From Podarcis gaigeae (lineage: Eukaryota), in assembly GCA_964106915.2 (NCBI GenBank), contig OZ066914.1: a stretch of DNA of 64,000 nucleotides. One strand, given 5' to 3'. A model generated the notes under the pieces. The model ran no database searches. It saw only the letters and a program-made list of their open reading frames with translations, and was not told the DNA's origin. Each line of letters opens with the position of its first letter. Within the stretch, counting starts at the first letter, position 1. The translations under genes were made by a program, and so were the position numbers. This document shows positions 59,900 through 64,000 of this stretch, in pieces.

Positions 59900-60266
59900 A
59901 GGAGGGTCTCCACCACCATTGTTCATCCCGGACACTGAGGTCCAGCTCCGAGGGCCTTCTGGCGGTTCCCTCCCTGCGAGAAGTGAGGTTGCAGGGAAGC
60001 AGGCAGAGGGCCTTCTCAGTAGTGACGTCCGCCCTGTGGAACGCCCAACCATCAGATGTCAAGGAAATAAGCAACTACCTGACTTTTAGAAGACATCTGA
60101 AGGCAGCCCTGTACAGGGAAATTTTTAGTGTTGGGTTTTATCACTTTATTATTATTATTATTAATAATAATAATATTCTGTTGGGAACAGCTCAGAGTGG
60201 CTGGGGAAACCCAGCCAGATGGGCTTGGTATAAATAATAAATTATTATTATTATTATTATTATTAT
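59900..60266 (+). mobile_element. L2-type LINE 3' fragment with (ATT)n tail
   Basis: RTLRSSSEGLLAVPSLRE..RAFSV..LWN; same family as 8533-8885. Confidence 0.8.
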
Positions 60267-60477
60267 ACGGTATTTCGACTCCCGCCCGCTGCTAAGGTTT
60301 TTTTTTTTATTTCCCCTCCTCCTGTTCCTGTGAACGTCTAAGCAAGCTTCTCTGACACACCTATTATTTTTTTTAAAACAGCACGTCCTTTGTTTTGTCC
60401 AGGCCTTTATTGTGCAGTGCGATAATTATTATTATTATGCTTTCTTCCCACGCAGTTTCGCCTATATTTGAGGCGCC

Positions 60478-60508
<31 letters not shown>

Positions 60509-61096
60509 CCTATAAAAATAATTTTTTATTTATTTTAAAATATATACAATAATACAACATTCTAAAATCATTTCATTCTAAAATCAGTTCAAATCAGATT
60601 AATGGCAACCATTGTATCTAGATTTATACACCGCCTTTCCCTCACAAGCCCTCAGGGCGGCTCACAACCTCTCCTCAGCCCGCTTTCCCGCCATTTCCTT
60701 CCCGCCCTCGGCATACTCGCTCCTCCCCCTTTCCCCTCGCCGTTCTATTGCGCTTCTCTCCCTCCTGCCCGCTATTGGGAGGAGGAGGAGGGGGCGCCCG
60801 CGCGCTGTTCTACCCTCTCCCCCTCCCTCGTGAGACTTCTGCTCTTCGGCGCTCGCGCCTGCCTCCCGCCCCCGCCGACCTGACGTAGGCCGATCACGTG
60901 CTTCACCTAAACGTTCCCGCCGGGCTTTCGCCCCCCCCCATCCCCGCGAAGGAAGCTCGCTCGTCTCGCGTTGTCCCGTCCGTCGTCTCGCGCCTCTCCC
61001 GCCTCCCTCCTCCTCCCCCGGCCCTCCCCGCTTGGTTAGTTGCTGCTGCTGCTGTGCCACCGCCGCATCCGGGTCCTGGCGCCGCTCGCTGTCACT

Positions 61097-61156
61097 ATGG
61101 TCATGGCGGAGGGGACGGCTGTGCTGAGGAGGAACAGGCCGGGCACCAAGGCCCAG
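61097..61156 (+). CDS. MOB4: MOB family member 4 (phocein) exon 1; rest lies beyond the window
   Basis: MVMAEGTAVLRRNRPGTKAQ then GTAAG; CpG island about 60650-61560; synteny. Confidence 0.95.
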
Positions 61157-64000
61157 GTAAGCCCGGCGCCCGCTCAATGGGTCTCTGGCTCCGGGTGGGA
61201 AGCGGGGTGCCGGAGGAGGAGGGGGCCCCGGTGGCGCGGCAGGCGGGTGACGGGGGCCGAGAAGCCGGCGGCGGGTGAGGCCTACTCGCTCTCCGCCGCG
61301 CTCCGTTCCCCGGGGAAGCGGAAAGAGGCGCCGCCGCCGCCGCCCGGTGTGAAGGGGAAAGTAACGCGAGGGTGGGATGCTCCTCTCAAAATGGCAGGCC
61401 GCGCTGTTTTTTGGGGGTGTTGGGGGAGGGTCGGGGGTTCAAGCAGGGTCCTGATCCGGCGTTGACCAAAAAGTGGTGGGCGGTTCTTCCCCCCCACCCC
61501 CGTGTACTTCGCGAACGTGTGAACGGCCTTGCGTGTCCTGTGGCTCGAGCAGGGATTTCTGGAAAGGGAGGAGAATAAGAGGGAGTTGCGGGGAAGGGAC
61601 GTGGGTTGTGGTGGGGTTTTTTGTTTTTTTTCAAAGCAGCTGCTTCGGAAATAGAGAATTTAGGGACGTGACGTTGGTTAGGAAAGGAGGGTTTAAGGTA
61701 AAGGAAAAAGAAAGGGCATGTAACCTGTGCAGGGAGGAAAGAGAGGGTGTTTGGGGGAGAAGAATATAGGGGCGCAGGGAAGAGTTTGACGGAGTTGATC
61801 GCCCCACGGAGAGAGTTCATGGGGTGGGGTCTTGGGAAGGTGACTTCAGGTGCTGGGTGTAGGGAGAAGATGGGGAAGATTGCGTGTAAGGGGCAGTGAC
61901 TTCATGAATACAGCTGGGAGGAGTTGGAGGGTGGTGGTTGGAGTAGAAGCGGTCTAGCCTGTATTTTTCAGGGCTGGTGCCTGTGAGGTTGCTCATGTAC
62001 TTGCTGTATATATATATATATATATATATATTTAAAAAATGCATATTTGGCAGAGATTAATGTGTTGACATTAATCTTGCCTGCTGTAATTAAGACCCAG
62101 GTTACACCTATCTGTGTTTAACCTTTCAAAGCAGTTGGCGTTAAGTGTATTGAGAAATGTGAATCTTTTCTCTCTCCCTTTTCTCTGTGTATTGTTTTAA
62201 CTGCTGTCTTGAGTATGTGTGTTCCAGCCATTTCCTCTCAAAACTGGATGCAACTTGTACTGATGGATGTTTTGTCTTATTTATTTTCCCCCACTTGCCA
62301 TCCTTTTATAGTAGCAGTTCATGTAGTGTATACATATAAATTTAGCCCATCTTGCTTGACTTTTCAACGTCAGTAACTTGGCAAGTTATAAAGTATAGGT
62401 AGTACAGTATTACTCTCTTTGTTTTCATAGGCTGAACTGCTGATAAATAAAACAAGCACAACAATTTCCAGGCATGGCCAAACTTGGCCCTCCAGATGTT
62501 TTGGGACTACAGTTCCCATCACCCCTGACCACTGCTCCTGTTAGCTAGGGATGATGGGAGTTGTCCCAAAACATCTGGAGGGCCAAGTTTGGCCATGCCT
62601 GCAAGTTTTGACTATTCAAGACAAATTCTCGGCTATAAATTGTATGTATTAGTTGTATCGTTGTATACAACAACGTGCTTTATTTTGACTGAAGGAAATA
62701 ACCTGGAGGCAAGTAAGTTCATTTTGTAATTTGGCTTAAAGAAAACATTTGTGAAGTTATCTTGGATAATACCAGAGGAATGTACCAACTAAAAAGGGTG
62801 TGTGTGCATGAAATGCCCAGTAATAAGTGGGTTCTATAGCAAACTAACTAGATAGGTACATTCATCTTGAAGGATTGCATATCATATGCAGCATTGAGAT
62901 GTTGGTGTCATACAAATGGCTGGATACTAAATTAGATATGACTCCAGTTGTTATTTTCATGTTATTCCTCTTACTGTTAAAATTATGTAGCCAGGCCTTT
63001 TTAAAATACGGTATTTCTGTATAAAGTATTGCTCATCATTTTTCTGTGCAAATTAAGTCTTAAGACTTGCATTTTTATAGTGCCTTCTGGTAAAGCATTA
63101 AGGCTTGAATAAAGTAGCAGGAAAACTGTGACATACTTGGGATATTTTTCGTCCACTATCTGATTGTAACATCCTTTATGAATAGTGAAAAAATTATGAT
63201 GTGACTAGTTAGACATTTTCATGTATGTTCTTATCTATAGCATTATTCTTTTTCAGTAACATGGTGGTTTTTTCCAGTTGAAAAGATTCATGAGTCATCC
63301 TCTTGAGAAAGCTGTGGGAGACATACCTTAAATGTCTCCTGTAAGAGGGGTGTGGGCTGATAACTGTCAGTGTATTATGTAAAGGCAGATAGATGGATAG
63401 ATAGATTTAGAAAAGATTGCAAACTGTTTTGAGTTTCTCCTGGCACATCTTAAAATTCAGTGCATCTATTTAGAGCAAACAAGGACAGACTATAGCACTG
63501 TAAAGAACTGGAATTACTGTATTACTGTTATAGTTATTCAACCTATTTCATTAAAAGTACTTATAGTCAAAATGCCCATCACAGAAAACTAGTTTACCAT
63601 TGACTACTGGGATATTGGAAACTCTGTATTGCAGCCCTGAACATTTTTTTTGCATGGAGTTAAGTTCTGTTGAAATAAATAGCACTATATCCAAAACCAA
63701 AGAATTTAGGATTGCAGTCTAATAGCCCGGCCCTGTGCATGTACACTGCCAGGTGAGTTTCACTGGTTTATGTGACTTCTGTATAAGTGTGCAAAGTTGC
63801 AGCTGGCATTTTGTAGTCACTGAGGACAATTAAGTAATAGGTGAACATGGTCTCAGCAGAATAACTAAGATATTCTCCTCCCCGCCCCTTGCAATTCTGT
63901 AGTGAAATATTTACAATGCTGCAGTTGGCCTCACTACTTGTTTTGCTGGTCAATAAGTGTATCAGATGGGATACAGAGACTGCTACATCATTGCAGCGTC

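Overview
Vertebrate genomic DNA, almost certainly a squamate and probably a lacertid lizard (Sauria SINEs, Bov-B LINEs, squamate-type MITEs). The window is the conserved SF3B1(-, exon 1 only) / COQ10B(+, 5 exons, 229 aa) / HSPD1(-, 12 exons, 571 aa) / HSPE1(+, 4 exons, 102 aa) / MOB4(+, exon 1 only) block. Coding exon boundaries were read from GT-AG sites and are phase-consistent. The main surprise lies between SF3B1 and COQ10B: a near-intact hAT (DUF4371/ZNF862-like) transposase coding region of about 687 aa. It has an N-terminal zinc finger, a D-D-E triad, CxxH, TRW and a dimerisation domain. It is wired like a host gene: a putative non-coding first exon in the SF3B1 CpG-island promoter (head-to-head), a splice acceptor, a strong Kozak ATG, a long TE-poor 3' region and no visible TIRs. 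This points to a domesticated transposase, here broken by a single 1-nt frameshift at about 9775. Other notable items are two Penelope-derived minimal hammerhead ribozyme motifs (one with an intact core, sense to HSPD1 intron 2), a local duplication of the HSPD1 exon-2 donor that builds a candidate poison exon, and a perfect 4-unit heat-shock element in the HSPD1/HSPE1 bidirectional promoter.
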